NCBI RefSeq assembly: GCF_008000775.2
Contig: NZ_CP042905.2
Coordinates: 2,730,001 to 2,762,000, forward strand
Direction of reading: 5' to 3'
Source: Promethearchaeum syntrophicum
GTDB lineage: Archaea > Asgardarchaeota > Lokiarchaeia > Sigyniarchaeales > Promethearchaeaceae
DNA: 32,000 nt
How positions within the stretch are numbered: position 1 is the first letter of the stretch; every line of letters begins with the position of its first letter. A program made the position numbers and the translations under genes. Positions 1-10,292 of the stretch are shown piece by piece. Below the pieces are notes generated by a model, which was not told the DNA's origin, did not search any database, and saw nothing but the letters and a program-made list of their open reading frames with translations.

Positions 1-49
1 TTTTAAATTAAAAAAAAGTATATCACAAAAAAAAAAATTGGCACTGAAA

Positions 50-2194
50 ATGATGATGAAATCAACTAAAAGAACTTGCGTTTTTCTATTTCTTACTATA
101 TTCATGCTTGGATTAAGCACAACTCGACCTATCATAGCAGGAGAGGCTGAAAAAACAGAAGGAATGATCTATGCAGGGATATATTACAATGAAGCAGGAA
201 GATATTTAAGCTTAGGTGTAACAATGCGATCTAGTACTGGTGAATTTAATGATAGGATTTATTTCACTATCAACGAAACGGAATATACCATGGACCCTTT
301 CAAATACACTGGAGAAACTGGGGAGGATCTTAACTATAATTATTGGTTAAGTGGACTAAATTATGGTACGTATGAGATTAAATTTTTTCATGAAAATTCA
401 ACTGATATTTATGAATATGAAACAATATTTACTGCAAATATTACTGAATATGAATTTCATGTAGAAGAAAATACTCACTTTGGGTATACTCGAATAGGAA
501 ATACCAATAACATGAGTTTTTATGCCTATTGGGATAATGAAGTATTAACAGAAGAAATTGAAAATATTCAATTGATTTTAAATGGAACATCTCATCCGAT
601 GAGTTGGCATGAATGTTCTAAAAGATTTCTTTTTAATTTGGATTTTGGAATTCATAATTCAAATACCTACAATTATTCAATTTCCTTTTCGATGGGTAAT
701 GAAAACTTCCAAACTGAAAATAAAACATTAACGTCAAGCAATAATAAAGAAATAAGTTTTTTATCTGGAAGTTTATATCCTTTATATACTCCAGATTCTT
801 TAGATTTTAATGTAAAAGTGTCTTATAGCACATGGCAAAATGTAGAACCTATTTTAAAACTCGAAATTGACGGATTAAATCAGACTATTGAGCCCAAATT
901 CGATCTGCAGAGTATGTTCCAAGGTGATCAAATTTCTAGCGTAGATTGGACTTCTACACAACAATTAGGGATGTATAACATTTCTGGACTTGAAGAAGGA
1001 ACTAATCACTCAATTAAAGTTCATGCGTTTGATGATTCAAAATGGCTTACTGATGATTTAATGGACAATGAAACCCTAAGCACTCCTCCAGTAAATGAAG
1101 ATTTTACAATCGATATATTAAATTGGGGGTTTACACCAACAGACTGGTACACTACCTTACACATTGATATTAATGTTACCTGCCCATATCTTACAAATGC
1201 CTATGAGAGAAATGAAGCCAGTTTATCACTATACGGTCCAATGCTCAATAACTTTATTTTTCAAGGGATGGGTGAAGATGATTATAATGATGCAGATTAT
1301 TCGGATGGAAAAATATACAATTTCTCTTATAATTTTTGGAATGCAGAAGAAGTTTATGGGGAATTTACAGGAAAATTCCACATTTTCTATAAAAATCAGA
1401 CTACGACGACGACATATGGACACTACATCAGTTCAAATAACACATTTTCAATCTCTGAAACACCTGTTGCTGAATTCGGAATAAATAAGGAAGATTGGTT
1501 TCTTTATGAGAGTGGTTATGAATCAACCTATCGAGACTGTGATTATTGCAACCTGAAAGGAGTTTCATATTACATATATCGTATAGCTGATTTTGGTTAT
1601 GAACTTGGGGTTAATTATTTAGATCTCGAATACTATGAATGGGATAAATGCAATGAAAAATGGGTCTATGATTTTCCAAATTATGATTATTTAAAGCCGT
1701 ATTATTATGAGCACGATTCCTTTCCAACAAACGTGAACAATGCATCGATGAGAATTTGGATAAACTTAAATGATAATAGCTCACTAGATGATTGGACCTT
1801 TCTCCCTTTAAATAATATCTCCGATTATTTAGAAGATTGCTCCCGTTTATATTTTGAAGATAACAAGGACATTTCCAGAACTTCAGTCGAATTTTCGGCT
1901 AAATTGGGTGATATAAAATTTAATGGATTATTAGATATTGATAGAAAAGGATTTCTAATCGAAAGCTCATCCCAATGGGAATATGGAAAATATTTTACTT
2001 ACAAGGATTATGTAAAGTTAATCAATTCTGGAAATGGAGATATCCCTGAAACCATTAAAGAAAAATCAACAGCAGGAGGAAGTATTACGGTGATATTACT
2101 TGTATTAGCTATCTCCATAGCAGGGGTTGTAATAACTTATAGAAGCGAGCGATTTCCAAATTTCAATAGGTTTATTGAGAAATTAAAGAAATAA
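50..2194 (+). CDS. Secreted/membrane-anchored hypothetical protein: N-terminal signal peptide, large extracellular region, C-terminal TM helix with basic tail
   Basis: Long ORF. The ORF track begins at a TTG (38), but the ATG cluster at 50-58 is more likely the start. Signal sequence KSTKRTCVFLFLTIFMLGLSTTRPIIAGEA; C-terminal SITVILLVLAISIAGVVITYRSERF. Confidence 0.8.
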   Translation: MMMKSTKRTCVFLFLTIFMLGLSTTRPIIAGEAEKTEGMIYAGIYYNEAGRYLSLGVTMRSSTGEFNDRIYFTINETEYTMDPFKYTGETGEDLNYNYWLSGLNYGTYEIKFFHENSTDIYEYETIFTANITEYEFHVEENTHFGYTRIGNTNNMSFYAYWDNEVLTEEIENIQLILNGTSHPMSWHECSKRFLFNLDFGIHNSNTYNYSISFSMGNENFQTENKTLTSSNNKEISFLSGSLYPLYTPDSLDFNVKVSYSTWQNVEPILKLEIDGLNQTIEPKFDLQSMFQGDQISSVDWTSTQQLGMYNISGLEEGTNHSIKVHAFDDSKWLTDDLMDNETLSTPPVNEDFTIDILNWGFTPTDWYTTLHIDINVTCPYLTNAYERNEASLSLYGPMLNNFIFQGMGEDDYNDADYSDGKIYNFSYNFWNAEEVYGEFTGKFHIFYKNQTTTTTYGHYISSNNTFSISETPVAEFGINKEDWFLYESGYESTYRDCDYCNLKGVSYYIYRIADFGYELGVNYLDLEYYEWDKCNEKWVYDFPNYDYLKPYYYEHDSFPTNVNNASMRIWINLNDNSSLDDWTFLPLNNISDYLEDCSRLYFEDNKDISRTSVEFSAKLGDIKFNGLLDIDRKGFLIESSSQWEYGKYFTYKDYVKLINSGNGDIPETIKEKSTAGGSITVILLVLAISIAGVVITYRSERFPNFNRFIEKLKK

Positions 2195-2533
2195 TAGAAA
2201 AAGATAGTTAAAATAGTAGATTATCTGAACATAGGTTCAGATGACTACTAACCGAGAATAACTCGGTAATTTTTTCATTTTTGGCTTATTTATTGAAAAT
2301 TATCAACTGATTTAAAGATATACTCTACATCCAGTGGATAAACCCACTGATTTGGGATTTTTTTTATGAGATTATTATAGAGGCGGATTCCTTTAGGAAT
2401 ATCGATAGGATTGAGATGATTTGATGGTATTGGTATAGTAGTTGGTGGATTGTGGTTATATGGACTAAATTTATGCTGTAAAACCCACTATCCATTAAAA
2501 AAAATGATTTTTGGTTTGAAATCCTCAATTTTT

Positions 2534-2687
2534 AACTATAATTTAGTGACTCAAAACGTGTTTAAGGGAAAATTGGGTTAAGATGTTGAAAAAGAATGAA
2601 AAAAATGACCAAAAAAAAATCCAAACGGCTTCATTCTTGGAAATTCAGCAAGATAACCTGTCAAATCAGCCATTAGATTCAGTGATC
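2534..2687 (+). repeat. Copy 1 of a ~154-bp intergenic direct repeat
   Basis: aactataatttagtgactcaaaacgtgtttaaggg...ccaaacggcttcattcttggaaattcagcaagataacctgtcaaatcagccattagattcagtgatc; ~90% identical by eye to 4221-4373. Confidence 0.85.
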
Positions 2688-3147
2688 ATTTATTTTTCTT
2701 TTTCTCACCCAATTAATTCCTGAACACATATTCTATTAGTCGGGTTATTGTCAAACCCTCCCATCCTCTTTGAGAGGACGTTTTCTAGTCTTTTACTAAG
2801 TCATAGACAAAGACAATTAACATCATGCTGGTAGAATGAGTGAACATATCATAGAGAATGTTTGAGATAATTGAGTTTCCACTAATTCATTCTCAAGTGG
2901 ATAGTGGCGATGGTAAAAAATGTAGTTTTTGTTGAGATTAAATAAAAAAGGTATTGAAAATAAGTATTTTGAATTAATTTGAACGATATTATCAATCCAA
3001 AATTGATTTAAATTTTAGATTTTTTGGATTGTTTTATCTTTTAGTTTTGAGTTTTCCTATCAAGCTAATGAAAATTCGGTTTTTCAGCATCGAGTTTTAT
3101 TTTACATAAGAATTTCACATAAGTAGTGTATTGTCTTTTTTTATTTT

Positions 3148-3840
3148 ATGACCAACCATAATGAAAATTTCAATCTTGAAACAACGCTTGATGAAATGAA
3201 ATCTATTGGTACCGAATTACTTAGAAAGCATTATATGAAAAATGGAGCAACTGGGGAGTATTATGGTACGAAAAAAGGGGATATTCGAAAAATAGCAAAG
3301 AAAATTAAAAATAACCCACTATTTGCTAGGAAATTATGGAAGACAGAGATATTAGAAGCGAGATTACTCGCCACTCTATTATTAAAACCGATAGATATTG
3401 AATTAGATGAAATGGAAGAATTTGTGAAATCCATAAAAAACATACAAGTCGCTGATTGGTTTAATGCGTACATTGTTAAGAAGCATCCAAAAAAAGAGAT
3501 TTTAAGAGAGAAGTGGATGAAATCAAACAATCCTATGTTATTAAGAGCAGGTTGGAATTTAACATCGATAAAGGTAGTAAAAGAACCTGAAAGTCTTGAA
3601 ATGAGCTCAATTTTAGAAAGAATAGAAAATGAGATGAAAAAAGCATCACCAATTGAACAATGGACTATGAATACGACTCTTGTAGAAATTGGAATTAATA
3701 TACCTAAATATCGAAAAAGAGCGCTTGATATCGGTGAATCTTTAGGGGTATATAGTGATTACAAAGCTCCAAAAGGATGTACAACTCCATTCGCACCAAT
3801 TTGGATTAAGGAAATGGTGGAAAGAAATAAGAAGAAATAA
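3148..3840 (+). CDS. DNA alkylation repair family protein (AlkD-like, HEAT-type)
   Basis: Sequence pattern typical of the family: EYYGTKKGDIRKIAKKI, LWKTEILEARLLATLLL, VADWFNAYIVKKHP, QWTMNTTLVEIGI, YSDYKAPKGCTTPFAPIWI. Confidence 0.8.
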   Translation: MTNHNENFNLETTLDEMKSIGTELLRKHYMKNGATGEYYGTKKGDIRKIAKKIKNNPLFARKLWKTEILEARLLATLLLKPIDIELDEMEEFVKSIKNIQVADWFNAYIVKKHPKKEILREKWMKSNNPMLLRAGWNLTSIKVVKEPESLEMSSILERIENEMKKASPIEQWTMNTTLVEIGINIPKYRKRALDIGESLGVYSDYKAPKGCTTPFAPIWIKEMVERNKKK

Positions 3841-4220
3841 ACTTGATTTAATAAGAAAAAAAAAAATATACTAACTCCAAATTAGCCTAAGTCACAGACC
3901 AAACGGAATAATAAACACCGCGAATACCCGTTATGGGATGTAATTAAGGTATTTTTTCCTTCCTTCTATATTTATATCCCATCATTGCCCAGAAGTCTAT
4001 CGGTTTATGTAATTGTGATAAATAACTCATGTGAACGCATGGATATCGGTCCCACATCAGATATGGCTATTTGGTCTAATATAGACATAGCATATAACAA
4101 CAAATAATGAAAAAATGGCATGGAATAAAGTCAATAGATGGTTTGAATTATTGTATATCAACTTAGCATAATTAGCTATGATTCTAAAAAATCGTAGAGA
4201 TTAACACATTTGTACATTAT

Positions 4221-4373
4221 AACTATAATTTAGTGACCCAAAACGTGTTTAAGGGTTAATTGGGTTAATATATTGAAAAAACATGAAAAAAATAAAAAAA
4301 GATAATCCAAACGGCTTTATTCTTGGAAATCCAGCAAGATAATCTGCCAAATCAGCCATTAGATTCAGTGATC
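4221..4373 (+). repeat. Copy 2 of the ~154-bp intergenic direct repeat
   Basis: aactataatttagtgacccaaaacgtgtttaaggg...ccaaacggctttattcttggaaatccagcaagataatctgccaaatcagccattagattcagtgatc; matches 2534-2687. Confidence 0.85.
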
Positions 4374-4392
4374 TTACCTCAAATTTTTTCTT

Positions 4393-5448
4393 TCATTTTT
4401 TTTTTTTACTAAGCCACCTTTGTTTTTTTTCTTTTATCTTCGGTTTTACTAGTTTGTATATTTCAATCATAAAGAAGATCATATAAATTGATGAGAAAAA
4501 TGTAATATAAAGTAAAACGTACTGGGGATCAGAATATATTTTTTTCAAAACTTGCCCGAATTCAATGAATCCTATCATCAAAGCATAGCCAATATTAAAT
4601 TGATGAGTTATTCCATAAAGGGAACCTGATTTATTATAGAGAATATTTGTATTTTTCTGCATTAACTGTTCAAAAATTTCGTCCTCTGAAAAATTATTAA
4701 CTTTTAGCTCCGTCCATGAAAAAGTTTTCTCAGGAATATGCATATCTGAACCGGTGATAATTCCTAAATCATTTTCTAAACAATATTGATAAGATTCTTC
4801 ATCATAATCTTCCCCATTTCCGATCTCAATATAATCTGCACCCCATAAATCTAATTGTTCAATAGTTGGAAATCCTTTACACATCGATCTTGACCAAAGA
4901 ACATGATTTATTACAACAATACCTCCTAAATCATGAGTTTTTTTGAACACAGCTACAATTTCTTCATCAGAAGGATTTGAAGCGTAATTTGTTGAAGGAA
5001 TATAATCGTTAAAATTGTCTTGAGTGGTATTTGGAGGAAAAATCAAGTTAAAATGTCCTCTATTGGTTGTCCATTCCATTCCTAAAAGAACTTTAAAAGT
5101 ATTATTAAACTCATTTCGTGCAATATCTCGTATTTCATATACCCCTTCAAATGTGTTATGATCAGTTAACACCATAGCATTATATCCCAGTGCCATATGC
5201 CAAAGTATATTTTGACGCGGGGATAATTCCCCATCTGAATAATATGTATGAGAATGCCCATCAAGCAGAATATTCCATTCAGATTGGTTATAACTAGGAC
5301 TATATTGAAGCGAATCCCAATCATTATCGGTATATTTGCCATATGGAATCGGTTTGATCGTTGTTCTTATTGAAATTCCCACAAAAATTGCGAAAAAGAC
5401 GTTAAAGAATAAAAATCGAATAAGAAATGATTTCAATTTTGCTTTCAT
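4393..5448 (-). CDS. PHP-domain metallohydrolase with N-terminal and C-terminal TM segments
   Basis: PHP signature DGHSHTYYSDGELSPRQNILWHMALGYNAMVLTDHNTFEG, GMEWTT, GSDMH; hydrophobic segments at both ends. Confidence 0.8.
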   Translation of the reverse strand: MKAKLKSFLIRFLFFNVFFAIFVGISIRTTIKPIPYGKYTDNDWDSLQYSPSYNQSEWNILLDGHSHTYYSDGELSPRQNILWHMALGYNAMVLTDHNTFEGVYEIRDIARNEFNNTFKVLLGMEWTTNRGHFNLIFPPNTTQDNFNDYIPSTNYASNPSDEEIVAVFKKTHDLGGIVVINHVLWSRSMCKGFPTIEQLDLWGADYIEIGNGEDYDEESYQYCLENDLGIITGSDMHIPEKTFSWTELKVNNFSEDEIFEQLMQKNTNILYNKSGSLYGITHQFNIGYALMIGFIEFGQVLKKIYSDPQYVLLYITFFSSIYMIFFMIEIYKLVKPKIKEKKQRWLSKKKK

Positions 5449-5560
5449 AATCTATAATTTCATTTTGTATTATTAAAAATTATAGAAACTGCATACTGAT
5501 TGAAAATAAAAAAACAACTTTTTTTTTTAATTAAGAGTTTTCATTGGGTAGAGCAGAAAA

Positions 5561-6451
5561 ATGATACATTACAAAAGTCTTGAAAATACTGATGAAAAAA
5601 TTATATTAGAAACCCATAATAATGCATTTTCGGATTATCAAGTCCAAATGAACTGGACTCTACCACAGTTCCAAAATATTAACAAGCAAAGAGGGGTCCG
5701 ATATGATTTATCGATTGGAGCATTTGATGATGATAAGCTTGTAGGTTTTATTATTAATGGAGCAGGTGATTGGAATAATAAACCCACAGTTTATGATTGT
5801 GGCACAGGAATTATCAAAGAATATCGCCACACAGGTATAGGAACGGAAATTCTACTGCGCTTAATCACACTTTTACGAGACATGGGCATTTTTCAATATT
5901 TGTTAGAAGTGATTAAAACTAATGAAAATGCCTATCAATTATATTTAAAGCAAGGATTTGAGATAATTCGTGAATTTGATTGTGCAGTTGCAGAAATTGC
6001 GAGGATTAAAAAAAAAATTGAAGAGAGAAAAGAAGATATACAAATTATTCTAAATGATAAAGATTTTGAAATTTGCGAGATAACTCAACCAAATTGGGAT
6101 ATTTATAAGAAATTCTGGGATAAACCACCCTCTTGGCAAAATTCTATTCAAAGTATTGAACGAAATAGAGAGGTGTTAGCAATTTTGGGAATCAATCATA
6201 AGGGAACTCCTGTAGGTTATGCTGCGTTCGATCCAAGAAACGCAGGCATCGCGCAATTTGCAATCCATCCAGAATATAGAAGAAGAAAATTGGGGATAGT
6301 TTTATTAGAACAAATTATAATGAGAGCTCCAACAGCTAAACGAGTCTCGATTATTAATATTGATAAGCGTTTAAGTTCATTTATTGGATTCTATGAAAAC
6401 TTGGGCTTTAAATTATTTGCAGAACAATATGAAATGATGAAGATCATTTAA
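5561..6451 (+). CDS. Two-domain GNAT-family N-acetyltransferase
   Basis: N-domain EYRHTGIGTEILLRLITLLRDMG...NENAYQLYLKQGFE; C-domain IHPEYRRRKLGIVLLEQII...IGFYENLGFKLFAEQ (acetyl-CoA binding R/QxxGxG/A-type motifs, twice). Confidence 0.85.
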   Translation: MIHYKSLENTDEKIILETHNNAFSDYQVQMNWTLPQFQNINKQRGVRYDLSIGAFDDDKLVGFIINGAGDWNNKPTVYDCGTGIIKEYRHTGIGTEILLRLITLLRDMGIFQYLLEVIKTNENAYQLYLKQGFEIIREFDCAVAEIARIKKKIEERKEDIQIILNDKDFEICEITQPNWDIYKKFWDKPPSWQNSIQSIERNREVLAILGINHKGTPVGYAAFDPRNAGIAQFAIHPEYRRRKLGIVLLEQIIMRAPTAKRVSIINIDKRLSSFIGFYENLGFKLFAEQYEMMKII

Positions 6452-6501
6452 TTAAATTTGAGTTTTTTTTGTTAAAATAGAAGAAAATAAAAAAAAAATT
6501 C

Positions 6502-7338
6502 TCATTTATCTGAATAAAATTTAATCCAGTGTTCAATTGAACGAATATCCATTTCTGGTTGAATAGGCGGATAAAAATCTGGCATTTTAATGTCTTCTGC
6601 TTTAATCCCGTTTTCTATTGATTCTTTAATAATTTTTCTTAGTTCTTTGAATAAATTTAGATGTTTCTCCATTTCCTCCCTACCAGTAAGAGGTCCATGT
6701 CCGGGAATTACATAGGCAAAATCAAGGCTGAGAATTTTCTCGAATGCTAGGATCCAATCATCTGGATTACACGTTTTATCACAAGCCCAGGGAAAACTTT
6801 CAGCAAAAATTAGATCACCTGTAAAAACAACCTTCTCTTTAGGGAAATATGCAAAAGAAGAATCTTTCGTATGGCCTCCTGTATGATATATTTCCACACG
6901 ATCGCTATTTTCCTCGTCAGAAATAATAAATTCAGATTCAAATGTAACAGTGGGTTTAAGAATTTCTATTTGATCTATTGCTTCAGCACGTTCAGGTTCT
7001 TCATTTTTCCATTCTTCAAGAGCTTCTTTAGACCATTCTCCGTTTAATCTTTCATCAATTAATTCTATTTGAGATTCATGAGCCACCCTTTCAACTTCTT
7101 TAAAAGGACCAGCTCCAAAAACATGATCTCCATGGTAGTGCGTAATAAGCAAAAATTTTACTTTTTTATTGTATTTTTTTTCAATTTCCGTTCGAAATCC
7201 CCGAGCATCAGGAGGGTACATAGTTGGATCGATTGCTACAATTGAATTGGGAAGAATTATAGCCCCTGCATTAGAATTATCAGATTGGAACATTAAAGTA
7301 TGCGGGGTTACTTCATGTATATTTTGTGAATAATCCAT
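6502..7338 (-). CDS. MBL-fold metallo-hydrolase
   Basis: HYHGDHVFGAG (HxHxDH-like), HTGGHTKDSSFAYFPKEKVVFTGDLIF, VIPGHGPLTGREEM. Confidence 0.9.
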   Translation of the reverse strand: MDYSQNIHEVTPHTLMFQSDNSNAGAIILPNSIVAIDPTMYPPDARGFRTEIEKKYNKKVKFLLITHYHGDHVFGAGPFKEVERVAHESQIELIDERLNGEWSKEALEEWKNEEPERAEAIDQIEILKPTVTFESEFIISDEENSDRVEIYHTGGHTKDSSFAYFPKEKVVFTGDLIFAESFPWACDKTCNPDDWILAFEKILSLDFAYVIPGHGPLTGREEMEKHLNLFKELRKIIKESIENGIKAEDIKMPDFYPPIQPEMDIRSIEHWIKFYSDK

Positions 7339-7455
7339 TTTAATCGATATATTCTTAGGGGATGAAAAAGAAAAACCTTTCTAAAAAATCTATAATCATT
7401 AATAAGAAAAAAATGACTTAAAAAAAAAAAGGAGGAATTTGAAGTGGAACCAAGA

Positions 7456-7812
7456 TTAACCGGAAATTTGAGGAGTTTTTCTAGTTCTATCAAATAAATG
7501 GAGTATTGCAAGAATTGGATGATTCTTTAGCATCCGAGGGCCAGCATAACGCATGACTTCTCTAATTTTTTCTCGTTTATCTGGTTTGTAACAATGAATT
7601 GAGCAGTTTGCACAGGTAGGTTTTTTTTCTGAAAATTGGCATCTATCTACTCTTACTAATGCATAATCCAGTAATTCTTTGCAATCATCACACAAGTTTT
7701 CTTTTTCGTGATGGTGAGCCAGACAAGACATCTTTATCATAATTCCAATTGTTTTTTTTTCTCGTCTGATTCTTCGATTTTCTTTAATGATAATTGTCCA
7801 CCCTTTATCCAT
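7456..7812 (-). CDS. YgbA-like / 'nitrous oxide-stimulated promoter' family protein
   Basis: Cys-rich pattern HHEKENLCDDCKELLDYALVRVDRCQFSEKKPTCANCSIHCYKPDKREKIREVMRYAGPRMLKNHP, as I recall for this family. Confidence 0.75.
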   Translation of the reverse strand: MDKGWTIIIKENRRIRREKKTIGIMIKMSCLAHHHEKENLCDDCKELLDYALVRVDRCQFSEKKPTCANCSIHCYKPDKREKIREVMRYAGPRMLKNHPILAILHLFDRTRKTPQISG

Positions 7813-7961
7813 TAAGCGGGATATTTAAAAAGCATTAATAATATTTACTCTATCTCTACATATAGAACAGATGTTTAAAATAACAAGGTAAAGATTTAAA
7901 TAATTTATGACTAAGAAATAAAATCAGAGTTTTTTTAATTAAAATGTAAAAAATAAAAAAA

Positions 7962-8657
7962 GTGAAAAAAATGATATTACAAATTATTGAAGTGCCATTA
8001 TATGCTGTAATTCTATTATTGATTACAGGAGTAGCTGCAATATTGTTTTCAGTGTTTATGGTCTTGGATTTTCTTAAGAATAAAAAAATGCACCATTTGC
8101 TCTGGGCAATAGCTTTCTTTGTATTGTTTGTTGCAGGGGTAGTACTTGCTATTGGAAGAAATTATGCACATTTGCTGTCACCAGCAGTATCGGTTTTAGC
8201 AGTGTTTATACCCGGTGGAATAGCTGCTGGTCTTTTCTACTCGTCAGTGTTCGATGAAGAAAAATCAAAGAAATTGGGAATGGGATATGTAATCTTTGTT
8301 TTAGTGGGGGCTGTGTTAATTTTATTAACAAAAACTATTACTGCATGGGCAGAGGCAGCAAAATTTGCTGTGATGTTGGTTCATATCCCAAGCGGATTAG
8401 CGATGGTGATTTTACCATTCTTAGTTTATCAAAAACAAACATCAGAATGGACGCCTCTCTTAGTTTCAATTGGAGGCGCAATAATCGGTCTGGCAGGTAT
8501 TTTACTTGCATTTTTAGTTTCAGGATTTACTGAATTAACAGGTTTTGTATTTGGTGCTCTACCAGTTTTACTATTAATTGTGGCACTCTGTTTCGCATTT
8601 GGATTTCTTCTAACTAAGCAATGGTCTTTTGCTTTTCCGTTTATTAAAAGTGAATAA
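7962..8657 (+). CDS. Polytopic membrane protein of unknown function
   Basis: Multiple hydrophobic helices; upstream A-rich leader; followed by a long T-run. Confidence 0.7.
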   Translation: MKKMILQIIEVPLYAVILLLITGVAAILFSVFMVLDFLKNKKMHHLLWAIAFFVLFVAGVVLAIGRNYAHLLSPAVSVLAVFIPGGIAAGLFYSSVFDEEKSKKLGMGYVIFVLVGAVLILLTKTITAWAEAAKFAVMLVHIPSGLAMVILPFLVYQKQTSEWTPLLVSIGGAIIGLAGILLAFLVSGFTELTGFVFGALPVLLLIVALCFAFGFLLTKQWSFAFPFIKSE

Positions 8658-8659
8658 AC

Positions 8660-8673
8660 TTTTTTTTTTTTTT
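8660..8673 (+). terminator. Poly-T tract, likely archaeal T-rich terminator
   Basis: Uninterrupted run of T directly after the stop of the 7962-8657 ORF. Confidence 0.4.
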
Positions 8674-8786
8674 ATTTTTAAGCCTTTGAACGAAATTTCA
8701 AAGAACTAAGAGCCTTGAAGTAAAAATCGATTTGGACTAAATTCCAAATAAAAAATCTAATAAAGAGAAAATTTTTAGGTTTTAAA

Positions 8787-10214
8787 ATGAATTCTATAAT
8801 AAAAATGGAAGAGACAACAACAAAATTAGTTCTATTAGGGAGGGGAGGGGTAGGTAAAACTACGCTAAGAAAAATTTTCTTTGATAGAGAAAGTCCTTTA
8901 GTACTAATAAAAGATAATCTAACACCAACTTTAGGGGCTGAAGTTAATTCCTACAACTTGGGATTGAACATTGCCGTTCATGATTTAGCAGGGCAAGAAT
9001 TAAATCATTGGTTGACTGATGGTAGTGGTGCCTTAGATTTATCTGATATAATCCTTGTTGTTTTAGAGTGTTCAGATGATTGGGATGAAAATCTTCAGAT
9101 TATTAAGCAAGTTCAACAAATTCAATCTAAGAATGTACCCTCAGCCGTCATTATTGCATTCTTTCATAAAATTGATCTGCTAACGAGTCTTCAACTTGAT
9201 ACCTTAAAAGCAAGAATTAATGAATTTCGAGAAAATAATGACTTGAATGTTAAAATCTTTCTAACGAGCATTCAAGAGAAACATATTCTAGAAACATTTT
9301 GGGCATTTATTCAATCATTAAAACTGGGAATGTGTCGTAAAAATAACACAAATTTTCGAGATTATATTCTTAAATTGGAATTACTTAGATATTTTACTAA
9401 AAACTCTAAAGCAGATTTGAATGTTTTAGAGAAAGATTTAAAAATTAAACGTGAATATATTCAGTGGTATCTACATCAACTATTTGGAGATGGAACCCTA
9501 GATTTAGAACCGAATTCTGAAGTTGTTACAATCGGGAAAAAAGGGATTGCAACACTAAATACTCTCAAATACGCTTTAAACCCAAAAACAAAAGAAATTT
9601 TGCTCTCAGAACGAGATTATATTAAAGGAGTTATCCTTTCAGATAAAACTGGGATCCCTTTTTATACTTATGAAGAGGTACCTGGTTTCTTTAATACATT
9701 AGTAGTTGATGAAAGAACTAGTTCGGAACCAGGAATAATTTCGATGTTTTTTGCACAAATTGTGGAGTTTGGTAAGACTATGGATTATAACGGGTTAACC
9801 AATTTCCAATTTGGAGGGCATAATCTAAAGATTGCCTCGCTTCTAAGTAAGGGAGTACTTGCAATTTTTTTTGTTGATAGAATTCAAATTGACCAAGGAA
9901 GCATGAAAATTTTAGAAGAATTTTTAAAATCCGTTTTTACCAATTATGGGGATTCCATTTATAATTATTTTGTTTCTAACAACCCCCTAGATATTGCCCG
10001 ACTTAGTAGAAATCTCAAAGATGATATAGAAAGCTTAGATGTCATCTTAAAATCGCATCATCAGAACAAATCAGAATTTACAAAAGAGAAATTACTCGAA
10101 ATGTATTTAAATCTCACGGAAGAGAAGATGGATAAAATATCTAGTAGGGATATGAAATCACTTTTGTTTCAATATCTAATCATGGAAAGCCCAGACACTT
10201 TGAAAGAAATTTAG
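8787..10214 (+). CDS. Rag/Gtr-like small GTPase fused to a winged-helix-like and C-terminal (roadblock/longin-like?) region
   Basis: P-loop GRGGVGKT, G3 DLAGQE, G4 HKID (Rag-type H instead of N), LRKIFFDRESP after the P-loop; C-terminal ILKLELLRYFTKNSKADLNVLEKDLKIKREYIQWYLHQLF... and NFQFGGHNLKIASLLSKGVLAIFFVDRI. Confidence 0.8.
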   Translation: MNSIIKMEETTTKLVLLGRGGVGKTTLRKIFFDRESPLVLIKDNLTPTLGAEVNSYNLGLNIAVHDLAGQELNHWLTDGSGALDLSDIILVVLECSDDWDENLQIIKQVQQIQSKNVPSAVIIAFFHKIDLLTSLQLDTLKARINEFRENNDLNVKIFLTSIQEKHILETFWAFIQSLKLGMCRKNNTNFRDYILKLELLRYFTKNSKADLNVLEKDLKIKREYIQWYLHQLFGDGTLDLEPNSEVVTIGKKGIATLNTLKYALNPKTKEILLSERDYIKGVILSDKTGIPFYTYEEVPGFFNTLVVDERTSSEPGIISMFFAQIVEFGKTMDYNGLTNFQFGGHNLKIASLLSKGVLAIFFVDRIQIDQGSMKILEEFLKSVFTNYGDSIYNYFVSNNPLDIARLSRNLKDDIESLDVILKSHHQNKSEFTKEKLLEMYLNLTEEKMDKISSRDMKSLLFQYLIMESPDTLKEI

Positions 10215-10292
10215 CATATCTGTGAGAGAGGATTCACGCAAATATCGATGACTTTATATTTCGTTTGAAATGAAATAACATAAGAGAATCAT

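Noticed and set aside
1164-1484. ORF of 106 aa (and 1229-1423 minus) inside the first large gene
   Set aside because: Overlaps a strongly coding frame with signal peptide and TM anchor; no independent coding evidence.
2761-2780. Short perfect inverted repeat TCCTCT-TTG-AGAGGA
   Set aside because: 6-bp stem with no T-run or conserved context; expected by chance in AT-rich spacer.
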